64,000 nt of DNA from Candidatus Eiseniibacteriota bacterium (lineage in GTDB: Bacteria; Eisenbacteria; RBG-16-71-46): NCBI GenBank assembly GCA_963717935.1, contig CAVQXP010000004.1, positions 2,074,986 through 2,138,985 of the forward strand, in the 5' to 3' direction. A program made the position numbers and the translations under genes. The notes under the pieces are model-generated. The model had not been told where the DNA came from. It was given only the letters and a program-made list of their open reading frames with translations, and made no database searches. How positions within the stretch are numbered: position 1 is the first letter of the stretch; each line of letters opens with the position of its first letter. Of this stretch, positions 19,393-27,681 are shown in pieces.

Positions 19393-21578
19393 GCCAGGGA
19401 GGTTCCGTGCACGAGTCCCCGAGGCGCGGCAGGTCCTGCGCGCCTGCCGTCCTTCCGACGCTCGTCCTCGCCGCGCTCCTGGCGGCGGGAGCGCAGGCCT
19501 CCGACACGCAGTGGTGGATCTTCGACAGCCCCTCCGACTACGCCAAGTCCGAGTCGCGCGGCATCCTGGTGCGCTCGGACGGCTCGCTCGAGCCCGGACC
19601 GAGCGCCGTCTCGACGCCGCTCGACAGTCTCGCGGTCGTCTGGTCGGCCGTCGTGCTCAAGGATGGCTCGGTCGCGCTGGCGGGCGACCAGGGGCTCATC
19701 CTGCGCTGGAGCCCTGGCGGGACCGTGCGACCGTGGGCGCGGCTCGCCGCGGGGCAGGTGCTCTCGCTGGCGGCGGACGGCGACGGGCTGGTGGCCGGCA
19801 CCGGGCCCGAGGGACTCGTCTACCGGGTCTCCGCGCGCGGTGACACGGCGCTGCTGGCGCGCACGGGCGAGCGCTATGTCTGGGGGCTCGTGCGCGCGGG
19901 CGGTGGCGCCTGGTACGCCGCGACCGGCTCGAAGGGCCGGCTGCTGCGCATCGAGGGTGGCATGGTCCGCATCGTCGCCGATACCGACGAGAGCAACCTG
20001 GTCTCGATCCTTGCCGACGGGCGCGGCGGTGCGTTCGCCGGCGGTGACTCCAAGGGACGGGTCTATCACGCCCTGGCGGACGGTTCGGTGCGCACGGTCT
20101 TCGACGCGAGCGAGGACGAGGTGCGCGCGCTCGCCTTCGGGCCGGATGGCGCGCTCTACGCGGCGGCGCTGAGCACCCCGGGCACGACCGAGGACGCCAA
20201 GGCCGGGGAGCCCAAGCCGGTGCAGAGCGCGCCCGCGAGCGGCCGGGCGACGATCTATCGCATCGTCCCCGATTCCTCGGCGACCGCCTGGTGGGTCTCG
20301 CCCCAGTCGCTCGTCTTCGCCCTCGCCGGGACGGACGAAGCCGCCGGGGACTGGCGCGGGGTCATCGCGGCCACGGGGAGCCGCGCCGCCGTCTATCTGG
20401 TCGAGCGCGCGGGGGGTGCGTCCCAGTGGCTCGCCAGCCCCGAGGGCCAGGTCACGGCCCTGGCCGCCGGGCCGGGCGGAAGGCTCTACGCGGCGACCTC
20501 CAATCCGGCCGCGCTCTGGCAACTGGGCCCGGGCCGCGCTCCCCGGGGCGAGTTGCTCTCCATGACGCTCGACGCGCGCCGCATCGCGCGCTTCGGCCTG
20601 CTCCAGTGGCGCGGCGAGGCGACCGGCGGGCGCGTCTCGCTCAGCACCCGCAGCGGCAATTCCGAAGAGCCCGACACGACCTGGAGCGCCTGGGCCACGG
20701 TGAGTGGCGCCGAGCGCGGCGGCGCGATCCGCTCCCTGCCCGCACGCTACCTGCAGTGGCGGGTGGCGTTCGAGGGCGGGAGCCCCAGGATCGAGTCGGT
20801 CGAGACGGCCTGGCGCGAGCAGAACCAGGCGCCCCGGGCCGAGGACGTGCTCGTCGCCCCGCAGGGCCACGGGTTCCGGGAGGGCGAGCTTCAGCCCCAC
20901 CAGGAGCCCGTCACCCAGAACCTGCCCGGCGGGCAGCGCGTCGAGTACAGCGCCCCGTCCGCCACCACGCCGCGCCAGCTGCGCGACCTGCCCATGTGGG
21001 CCCGCGGGCTGCGGACCGTGCAGTGGCGCGCCACCGACCCCAATGGTGACCCGCTGAGCTTCCGCCTCGACGTGCGGCCCGAACCCGCCGGCCCGTGGAC
21101 GCTGGTCGCGCGGGACCTTGCGCAGGCGAACCACACCTGGGACACGAGCGCGCTGCCCGATGGCCGCTACCGCGTACGGGTGACCGCCACCGATGCAGGC
21201 GGGAACGCGGTGGGTGAGGAGCTCCTCACCGAGGCCCTCAGCCAGCCCTTCACGGTGGACAACACGCCACCGCTCGTGACCGCGCTCGAGGCGCGCGGTG
21301 AGGCGGGCGCCCTGCTCGTGACCGGGACGGCCGAGGACGCGGCCAGCGCGCTCCAGCGCGTCGAAGTCTCGCTGGACGACGGCCCCTGGCGCGTGGTGAC
21401 GCCCGACGGCGGCTTCACGGACCGTCCGGCGCACTCCTTCCACGTCCGGCTGGGCGATCTGGACCCCGGCGAGCACAGCGTCAGCGTGAGGGTCGTGGAT
21501 CTCTCAGGCAATCCCGCCGTGCGGGCCGTGCGCGCCACGGTCCCCGTCCAGGCGGGCCGGGCGACCCGCATCCGGTAA
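19389..21578 (+). CDS. Secreted beta-propeller protein with C-terminal Ig/FnIII-like domains
   Basis: Signal peptide (..AAGAQA-S); repeated [LW]YA[AG]T[GS]..GR[LV]Y blades; WRATDPNGDPL, LPDGRYRVRVTATD, VDNTPP. Alternative start GTG 19407. Confidence 0.7.
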   Translation: MSQGGSVHESPRRGRSCAPAVLPTLVLAALLAAGAQASDTQWWIFDSPSDYAKSESRGILVRSDGSLEPGPSAVSTPLDSLAVVWSAVVLKDGSVALAGDQGLILRWSPGGTVRPWARLAAGQVLSLAADGDGLVAGTGPEGLVYRVSARGDTALLARTGERYVWGLVRAGGGAWYAATGSKGRLLRIEGGMVRIVADTDESNLVSILADGRGGAFAGGDSKGRVYHALADGSVRTVFDASEDEVRALAFGPDGALYAAALSTPGTTEDAKAGEPKPVQSAPASGRATIYRIVPDSSATAWWVSPQSLVFALAGTDEAAGDWRGVIAATGSRAAVYLVERAGGASQWLASPEGQVTALAAGPGGRLYAATSNPAALWQLGPGRAPRGELLSMTLDARRIARFGLLQWRGEATGGRVSLSTRSGNSEEPDTTWSAWATVSGAERGGAIRSLPARYLQWRVAFEGGSPRIESVETAWREQNQAPRAEDVLVAPQGHGFREGELQPHQEPVTQNLPGGQRVEYSAPSATTPRQLRDLPMWARGLRTVQWRATDPNGDPLSFRLDVRPEPAGPWTLVARDLAQANHTWDTSALPDGRYRVRVTATDAGGNAVGEELLTEALSQPFTVDNTPPLVTALEARGEAGALLVTGTAEDAASALQRVEVSLDDGPWRVVTPDGGFTDRPAHSFHVRLGDLDPGEHSVSVRVVDLSGNPAVRAVRATVPVQAGRATRIR

Positions 21579-21624
21579 GGCCCGTCACGGCCCGCGACGG
21601 GGGAGAGGAGGAGGAGGGAAGAGC

Positions 21625-22047
21625 ATGCAGGTCCAGCGCACCCGCTACGGGTATGCCGTCAAGATCGAGACCGGCGAGGAGATCATCGCGGCGCTCAGCG
21701 GATTCGCCCGGCGCGAGAACGTGCGCGCGGGGCTCATCTCGGGGCTGGGCGCAGTGGGTGAGTGCGAACTGGGCTTCTTCATCCGCTCGACGAAGCAGTA
21801 CGCGCGCCGGGTGTTCTCAGGGGAGCACGAGATCGGTTCGCTCACGGGCAACTTCAGCGAACTGGACGGGGAGCCGTTCCCGCACTGTCATGTGGTGATC
21901 GCGGGGGAGGACCTCGCGGCGTGGACCGGGCACCTGTTCCGCGGCATCGCCACGGTGACGTGCGAGGTCCAGGTGGTGACCGACCCAGGAGTGTTCAGGC
22001 GGACGCGCCGTCCGGACCTGGGGTTCAACCCGCTCGACTTGGGGTGA
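21625..22047 (+). CDS. PPC/DUF296 domain protein
   Basis: GEEII..L..F..ISGLGAV...EIGSLTGN..PFPHCHVVIA..GHL..VTCEV; strong RBS. Confidence 0.88.
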   Translation: MQVQRTRYGYAVKIETGEEIIAALSGFARRENVRAGLISGLGAVGECELGFFIRSTKQYARRVFSGEHEIGSLTGNFSELDGEPFPHCHVVIAGEDLAAWTGHLFRGIATVTCEVQVVTDPGVFRRTRRPDLGFNPLDLG

Positions 22048-22073
22048 GCAGGAGGCAAGCCCCCGGAACCCTG

Positions 22074-22865
22074 CTATAATCCGTGCCCGTGCGCCCGTGC
22101 CGGCTGACGCCCGGCGCGCAGCGCGGCAAAGCCCCAGAGGCGCCCGGTGCGGCCCGCGTCGCGACGGTGGGAGAAGTACCACTCACGCTCGCACGCGGTG
22201 CAGGCGCCGGTGTCCTCGAAGGCTTCCGGCGGGAGCCCCGCCTCGAGCAGCTGGATCCGGGCCACGCCGGGCAGATCGAGATGCAGGCGGCCGTCTACGG
22301 TCCGCACGGTCGAGGCCGGGAAGCGCCGTGCGACGTCCGGGCCGATTTCGTAGCAGCAGGCGCGGATGCAGGGGCCGAGGGCCACGCGCGCCGCGCTCGC
22401 CGGCACGCCGGCGGCAGCACAGAGAGCGTGCAGGGTGGCAGCGGGGAGGCCCGCGGCGGCGCCACGCCAACCGGCATGCGCGGCGGCGACGGCGCCCGGG
22501 ACGGTGTACAGGAGGCTCATGCAGTCGGCGGTCGCGACGGCGAGGATGACGCCGGGCGTGAGCGTCAGCAGGGCATCGCAGCCGGGCTCGTGCCCGGGAC
22601 GCGTGACAGAACGAATACGGCTCCCGTGGACCTGGCCGGCGGTGACGAGGCCCGCGGGATCGAGCGTCTGGCTCTCGAGCAGGCGGCGGCGGTTCTCGAG
22701 CACGGACTCGGGGCGATCGCCGCACGAGAGCCCGAGGTCGAGGGTGTCCCAGGGCGGTCCGCTGACCCCGCCCTGGCGGGTCGAGAAGGCGAGCACGCAG
22801 GCCGGGTCCGCGGGGGCGGGACGCCAGGCGGGCACGGCTGCGGAGCGATCGAGGGTCCACATCAC
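22074..22865 (-). CDS. pgeF: Polyphenol oxidase / purine nucleoside phosphorylase family (YfiH/PgeF, DUF152)
   Basis: FSTRQGGVS, QVHG, TADC, AHAGWRG, LGPCIRACCYEIG, CTAC..YFSHRR. Confidence 0.9.
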   Translation of the reverse strand: MMWTLDRSAAVPAWRPAPADPACVLAFSTRQGGVSGPPWDTLDLGLSCGDRPESVLENRRRLLESQTLDPAGLVTAGQVHGSRIRSVTRPGHEPGCDALLTLTPGVILAVATADCMSLLYTVPGAVAAAHAGWRGAAAGLPAATLHALCAAAGVPASAARVALGPCIRACCYEIGPDVARRFPASTVRTVDGRLHLDLPGVARIQLLEAGLPPEAFEDTGACTACEREWYFSHRRDAGRTGRLWGFAALRAGRQPARAHGHGL

Positions 22866-22931
22866 AGGGCCGCACGCTAGTGAACGGCGCACGGGAGCGT
22901 CAAGGCGGCGGCCACGAAGGGAGCGTTCCGG

Positions 22932-25922
22932 ATGAGCGAGTTCAGGTGGCGGACCGTGGCGGCGGCGGTGGCGGTGGCGGCGATGGCCGCGTGGGTCGCA
23001 GGCGCGCAGGTCGCCCCGCGGGCGCCGGCTGCGGCGCAGACGCCGCAGGCGCCGGCTCCGCCTCCCGCGGCAGCGACCGTGGGCACCCGGCGCATTCCGC
23101 AGGCCGAGCTCGAGCAGCGCGCGCAGGTGGCAGCCTCCGACTACAAGGGCCGCACGGGCAGCGACCTGCCGCCCGAGGTCCGGCCCCTCATGCGCCGGCA
23201 GCTCCTCGAGAGCCTCATCCGCCGCGACCTACTCATCCTGGAGGCACAGCGCCGCGGGCTCCTCGGCAGCGAGGAGGAGGCCGAGGCCCAGCTCAAGAAG
23301 GACCCCTTCTTCCAGGTCGACGGGCGGTTCGACCCCGCGCGTTACGAGCAGGTCCGCCTCCAGAACCCGGCTGCCCTGGCCACCACGTTGCGGGATCTGC
23401 GCGGGACTCTCGGGGCCCGGGACCTCCTGACGCGCGTTCAGAGCGAGAGGGGCCCGAGCGAGGTCGAGCTGCGCGCCCGGGCCACGCGCGCGCTCACGCA
23501 CATCTCCGTCGACTACCTCGCCCTGCGCCGGCCCGACTTCGACGACAGCGACGCCGAGCCACGCGAGAGCGAGGTGCTCGATTACTACCGTTTGCATGGC
23601 GCCGATCGCCTCGAGCCGGCGCGCGCGACCTTCTCCGCCGTGTTCGTGGACCAGCCGGCGCTCTCCGACGCCGAGGCCGAGAACCCCGCGGCGACCACGG
23701 CCTGGAACTCCCGCATGAAGCAACGCGCCGACAGCATCCTCGCCGCGGTCGCAGCCGGCCGGACCCTCGAGGAGGCCTCGCGGGACGTTGGCGGCCTCCA
23801 CCCGAATCAGGTCGTCGTGCCCGGCAACTTCCCCGGCTACTGGCAGGGCAGCCCCGCGACGAACGCGGCCCTCTTCTCGGCCTCGCCCGGCACCATCCTG
23901 CCGCACCCGGTACGCGCGCAGAAGGGCTGGCTCGTGGTGCGCGTGGACGACGTCCAGCCCGCCCACGCGACCCCTCTGCAGAACGTCGCTCGCGAGATCC
24001 GTTCGCGGCTGCGCTCCGAGCGGCTCGCGACGCGCGAGGAAGGCGAGCTCCGGCCGCTGTACGACCGGTTGCGCGACAGCCTGAAGCTGACAGGGTACCG
24101 CCTGCGCTACGCTGTCGCCGATACGAGCGCCCTCGCCCCCGTGCGGCTCACCCCGGCGGAGATCGACCGCTACTACCGCGGCCATCTCGCCGACTATTCC
24201 TCCTTCAGCAGTCGCCTGGGTGGCGTCGCCGCCAAGAGCCTCGACGAGGTGCGGCCGGACGTGGAGGCGCGGCTGCAGAGCGAGCGCCGGCTCGAGCGGT
24301 CCCGCGGCATCGCGGCGCAGTTGCTGGATACCTGGGCCCGCGGGCGCCGGAACGCCTCGCTGGAACGCCGGCTGCGTGTGCGTGACGTCGGCCCGCTCGT
24401 CCCCGGCCTGCCGGCCGACAGCGGATCCGTCGGAACGATGCTGGGCGATTCGTTGACGCGGCGCGAGGGCGCACTCGGGCCCGGCCTCGCCCGTTCGGCG
24501 CGCGGCTGGGTCGCCTTTGACATCTACCAGGAGGTGCCCGAGTACGTGCCGTCCTTCGAGCAGACCCGGCGGGAACTGACCCTCCGCCGCACCGCACGCC
24601 GGCTCCAGGACGACGAGGAAGGGGCTCGCCGGTTCTTCGACGCGTCGCCACAGCGGTTCACCGATGGCCCGGTCATCCACTACACGCGCGCCTTCGTGGC
24701 CACCCCGAGCCCACTCACCATCCACCTCACGCGGGCGGACGTCGAGCGCTTCCACCGTGACCACATGGACCGCTTCTCGGCGCCCGAGCTGGTGCGCGCG
24801 AGCCACATCCTCATCAGCCCGCGCGATGCCACCCCCGAGGCCGACCAGGAGGCGAAGGCCCGGGCCGACAGCCTGCTCGCCCGCCTGCGCGAAGGCGAGG
24901 ACTTCGCGGACATGGCGGCCCGGGTGACCGATGACCCCGCCACGCAGGAGAATGGCGGCGACCTCGGCCAGTTCGGGCGCGGCACGATGCTTCCCGAGGT
25001 GGAGCGCGCCGCCTTCGCGATGCGTCCGGGCGACCTGAGCCCCGAACCGGTCAAGAGCCCGGTCGGCTACCACATCCTCAAGGCACGGGAGTACGTGCCG
25101 ATGGTCGCCCAGCCCCTTCCGCTGATCTACGCCGACGTCGCGGAGGCGGCTGCCCAGGAGAAGGCTGACACCATCGCGATCCAGCGCGTCGACAGCCTGC
25201 TGCACTTCCTGAAGAATGCCGACCAGGCGCGGGCCGCCGCCACGCGACTCGGACTCGTGACCATCTCCTACGTGCACACCAGCGGCAATTGGAGCCAGTA
25301 CCCCGCGACCCTTCATGCGTACTACCAGCAGCTCGAAACGCTCAAGGCCGGTCAGATCCTCCCGATGCGCACCAAGCTCGGGGGGATGGGCTACCCGCTG
25401 ACCTGGGTGGACAGCATCGCCCCGCCCGCCCCACCGGACTGGAAGAAGGCCCGCGACCGGGCACTCGAGGCGTACCGGGCGGACAGGAATCTGCGCGCCC
25501 TTGCGGCCAAGCGCGCCGAGCTGGATTCCTTGCTGCAGGCCGGGTGGTCCTTCGACAGCCTCGGCGCACTCTGGGGTGGGCTCCAGCACGCCGATGACCT
25601 CATGGCCGGCCAGCGCATCACCGGGATCGGCACGAGTGGAGGGCTGGACACGCTGTTGTTCGGGCTGGCGGGGACCGACGGACTCCCACCCGGCGCCCTC
25701 AGCGATTGGATCACGCTGTCGACCGGGATCGTCCGCATGCGCACGAGCGCGATCCGTCCGCCAGATGCGAGTGCCCTCACCGCCCACATGGAGAACGAAC
25801 GCCGGGTGGAGACGGAGCGGGCGCTCGTGACGTATTTCGAGGAGCTGAAGAAGCGATACCCGGTGCGAATCCTGGATCGCACGCTTCGCGACGTGGCGCT
25901 GTCTCCACCACCCGCCCGTTGA
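22932..25922 (+). CDS. Large periplasmic SurA/PpiD-like peptidyl-prolyl isomerase
   Basis: Signal peptide; SurA-N-like LLESLIRRDLLILEAQRRGL; parvulin VRASHILI..GEDFADMA..DD..GGDLG.F..PVKSPVGYHIL. Confidence 0.82.
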   Translation: MSEFRWRTVAAAVAVAAMAAWVAGAQVAPRAPAAAQTPQAPAPPPAAATVGTRRIPQAELEQRAQVAASDYKGRTGSDLPPEVRPLMRRQLLESLIRRDLLILEAQRRGLLGSEEEAEAQLKKDPFFQVDGRFDPARYEQVRLQNPAALATTLRDLRGTLGARDLLTRVQSERGPSEVELRARATRALTHISVDYLALRRPDFDDSDAEPRESEVLDYYRLHGADRLEPARATFSAVFVDQPALSDAEAENPAATTAWNSRMKQRADSILAAVAAGRTLEEASRDVGGLHPNQVVVPGNFPGYWQGSPATNAALFSASPGTILPHPVRAQKGWLVVRVDDVQPAHATPLQNVAREIRSRLRSERLATREEGELRPLYDRLRDSLKLTGYRLRYAVADTSALAPVRLTPAEIDRYYRGHLADYSSFSSRLGGVAAKSLDEVRPDVEARLQSERRLERSRGIAAQLLDTWARGRRNASLERRLRVRDVGPLVPGLPADSGSVGTMLGDSLTRREGALGPGLARSARGWVAFDIYQEVPEYVPSFEQTRRELTLRRTARRLQDDEEGARRFFDASPQRFTDGPVIHYTRAFVATPSPLTIHLTRADVERFHRDHMDRFSAPELVRASHILISPRDATPEADQEAKARADSLLARLREGEDFADMAARVTDDPATQENGGDLGQFGRGTMLPEVERAAFAMRPGDLSPEPVKSPVGYHILKAREYVPMVAQPLPLIYADVAEAAAQEKADTIAIQRVDSLLHFLKNADQARAAATRLGLVTISYVHTSGNWSQYPATLHAYYQQLETLKAGQILPMRTKLGGMGYPLTWVDSIAPPAPPDWKKARDRALEAYRADRNLRALAAKRAELDSLLQAGWSFDSLGALWGGLQHADDLMAGQRITGIGTSGGLDTLLFGLAGTDGLPPGALSDWITLSTGIVRMRTSAIRPPDASALTAHMENERRVETERALVTYFEELKKRYPVRILDRTLRDVALSPPPAR

Positions 25923-25925
25923 AGT

Positions 25926-25968
25926 CCGGAGCGGGCGCCGCGGCCCTGGGGCACGGCGCCCGCTCCGG
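25926..25968 (+). terminator. GC-rich hairpin right after the PPIase gene
   Basis: 15-bp perfect stem CCGGAGCGGGCGCCG / CGGCGCCCGCTCCGG; no U-tract. Confidence 0.5.
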
Positions 25969-26128
25969 CCGAGCCCCCGTTCGCCTGGGTGCGATGCGCT
26001 TGAATCCGGCAACACGGACTCCGAATCCGCAACCCCGCCGGGCCCGGCATCGTGCGCAATGCCCGATGCGGTTCGCGCTGCCACGGCGGAACGCGCGCCC
26101 CGACCGCGGCCCCGGGGCCGGTGGCACA

Positions 26129-26144
26129 TGGTACGGTCCCTGCA
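26129..26144 (+). promoter_or_regulatory. Putative sigma-54 promoter (-24/-12)
   Basis: TGGTAC-GGTCC-CTGCA; GG-N10-GC spacing exact; ~35 nt upstream of ATG 26178 with AGGAG RBS. Confidence 0.55.
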
Positions 26145-26177
26145 TTCGCCGCCTTGGCCCCTGGCCAGGAGCTGCCC

Positions 26178-27509
26178 ATGACCCTCTCCGCGACAACTTC
26201 CCACAACGCTTCCCCCAGGCGGGTGGTGCTCGTCGACTTCGACTGGCGCGACGCCGACCTGTTGCCCGAGTTGCTGGCGCGGCCCGGGCTCTCGGTGCGT
26301 CTGGTGGCGGGGCAGAGAAGCGATGGCGCGGGCCTGCAGATGGCCGAGCTCTGCGAACTGCCGCACACCATCGACCTGGCGGACCTGACGCGCGAGATCT
26401 TCGACCTCGCGGTGGTGAGCGAGCGGAGTCCGCGGCGCACACAGGTCGAGGGCCTGCTGCTCGCGCTGGGCACTCCCTGCGTGTCCCCCGAGAGCCTCTT
26501 GCGAGGGGCCGACCTGACGCACGCGCACACGCCCGCGGTCGAGGCCCCGCTCGCCCTGCACGCGGTCGCGCTCGAGAACGCGCTCGGCGGGGCGGACTTC
26601 GACGCCCTGATCGAGCAGGCGCTCCCGGACATCGGCGAAGGCGCGCCCACGGCGCCACGGTCCGTGGCGCCCGCCGGGCGCTCCGAGCTGCGCATGCCGA
26701 GCCTCGCGGAGTTCCCATCACTCGAGGACCGGCAGGGACTCGAACAGGCGCTCGCGGACCTGGCCAGCGGCACGGGCGCGCAGGCCGCCGAGCTGCGCGC
26801 CGGCCGCACCGGGAACGTCGAGTTGCTGGCCCGCGTCGGGGGAGAGGACCCGCTGCTCTCGGGGTTGATCGATCTCGCCCTGAGCCAGAACACCCCCCAG
26901 GTGATCAGCCGGCTCACGGGACCGCACGAGGGCAAGGCGTGGGGCGCGTGGCCCTTCCGTACCACGCGCAGCCGCGGCGTGATCGCCGCGGCCGCCATCG
27001 ACCCGGCATCGGGATGGACCACCTGGCAACAGACGCTCGAGGGGCTGCGCCAGGCCTGGGACCTGCGAGACCGCGAACAGGCGACCCCGGCTTTCCCCCT
27101 CGTGCCGGACGGCCAGCAGGGGTGGCTCGACCCCGAGGGCTTCCGCACGGCGATCTCGCTCGCCGTCGCGCGGAACCAGCGCGACGGGCTGTCCTTCGCA
27201 GTGCACCGCTTCGAGTTCGCGAACCGGCCGGAGGCGCTCGGTTCCCTGTGCGAGCGGCTCCCCTCCCAACTGCGCGACACCGACCGGCTGCACCGCTCGG
27301 AGCAGCGCGTCGTGCTGCTGCTCACGACCTGCTCCCAGGTGGCCTTCGAGCCCGTGCGGCGGCGGATCACCGCGCTCTGGGAGGCGGTGTGGCAGGAGGT
27401 CGGCGGCACGCCTCCGGCGCCCGGTGTCGTCGAGAGCCGCACCGAGATCACCGGGCCCGCCGAGGCAGAGCGGTTCCAGGCCACCGCCACGAGCTGGCTG
27501 CCGCAGTAG
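26178..27509 (+). CDS. Hypothetical signalling-like protein (Rossmann-like N-terminus, degenerate GGDEF-like C-terminus)
   Basis: AGGAG RBS; C-terminus F..AISLAVARNQRDGLSFAV..QLRDTDRL..VVLLL resembles a GGDEF fold lacking the GGDEF motif. Confidence 0.5.
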   Translation: MTLSATTSHNASPRRVVLVDFDWRDADLLPELLARPGLSVRLVAGQRSDGAGLQMAELCELPHTIDLADLTREIFDLAVVSERSPRRTQVEGLLLALGTPCVSPESLLRGADLTHAHTPAVEAPLALHAVALENALGGADFDALIEQALPDIGEGAPTAPRSVAPAGRSELRMPSLAEFPSLEDRQGLEQALADLASGTGAQAAELRAGRTGNVELLARVGGEDPLLSGLIDLALSQNTPQVISRLTGPHEGKAWGAWPFRTTRSRGVIAAAAIDPASGWTTWQQTLEGLRQAWDLRDREQATPAFPLVPDGQQGWLDPEGFRTAISLAVARNQRDGLSFAVHRFEFANRPEALGSLCERLPSQLRDTDRLHRSEQRVVLLLTTCSQVAFEPVRRRITALWEAVWQEVGGTPPAPGVVESRTEITGPAEAERFQATATSWLPQ

Positions 27510-27610
27510 AGCCCGCGCCCGGGCGCTCCGTCCCACGGCACGCCCGGGGCCGTTCGGCACCCGGCCCGCGCACTCCCCGGGCCCACCCCGCGAAGCCTCG
27601 CCCGCACCAC

Positions 27611-27619
27611 TTATCCACA
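27611..27619 (+). promoter_or_regulatory. Perfect DnaA-box sequence upstream of mutL
   Basis: TTATCCACA in an intergenic region, 8 nt before a TTGACC -35-like hexamer. Confidence 0.55.
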
Positions 27620-27681
27620 CCGCTTTCTTGACCGGGCTTCCCACGGTCGGGTATTGCTCCGCTCCGAAACGCGGAGGCCCG

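Noticed and set aside
27560..27680. Replication origin at the DnaA box
   Set aside because: Only one box, no AT-rich unwinding element, and no dnaA/dnaN/gidA context.
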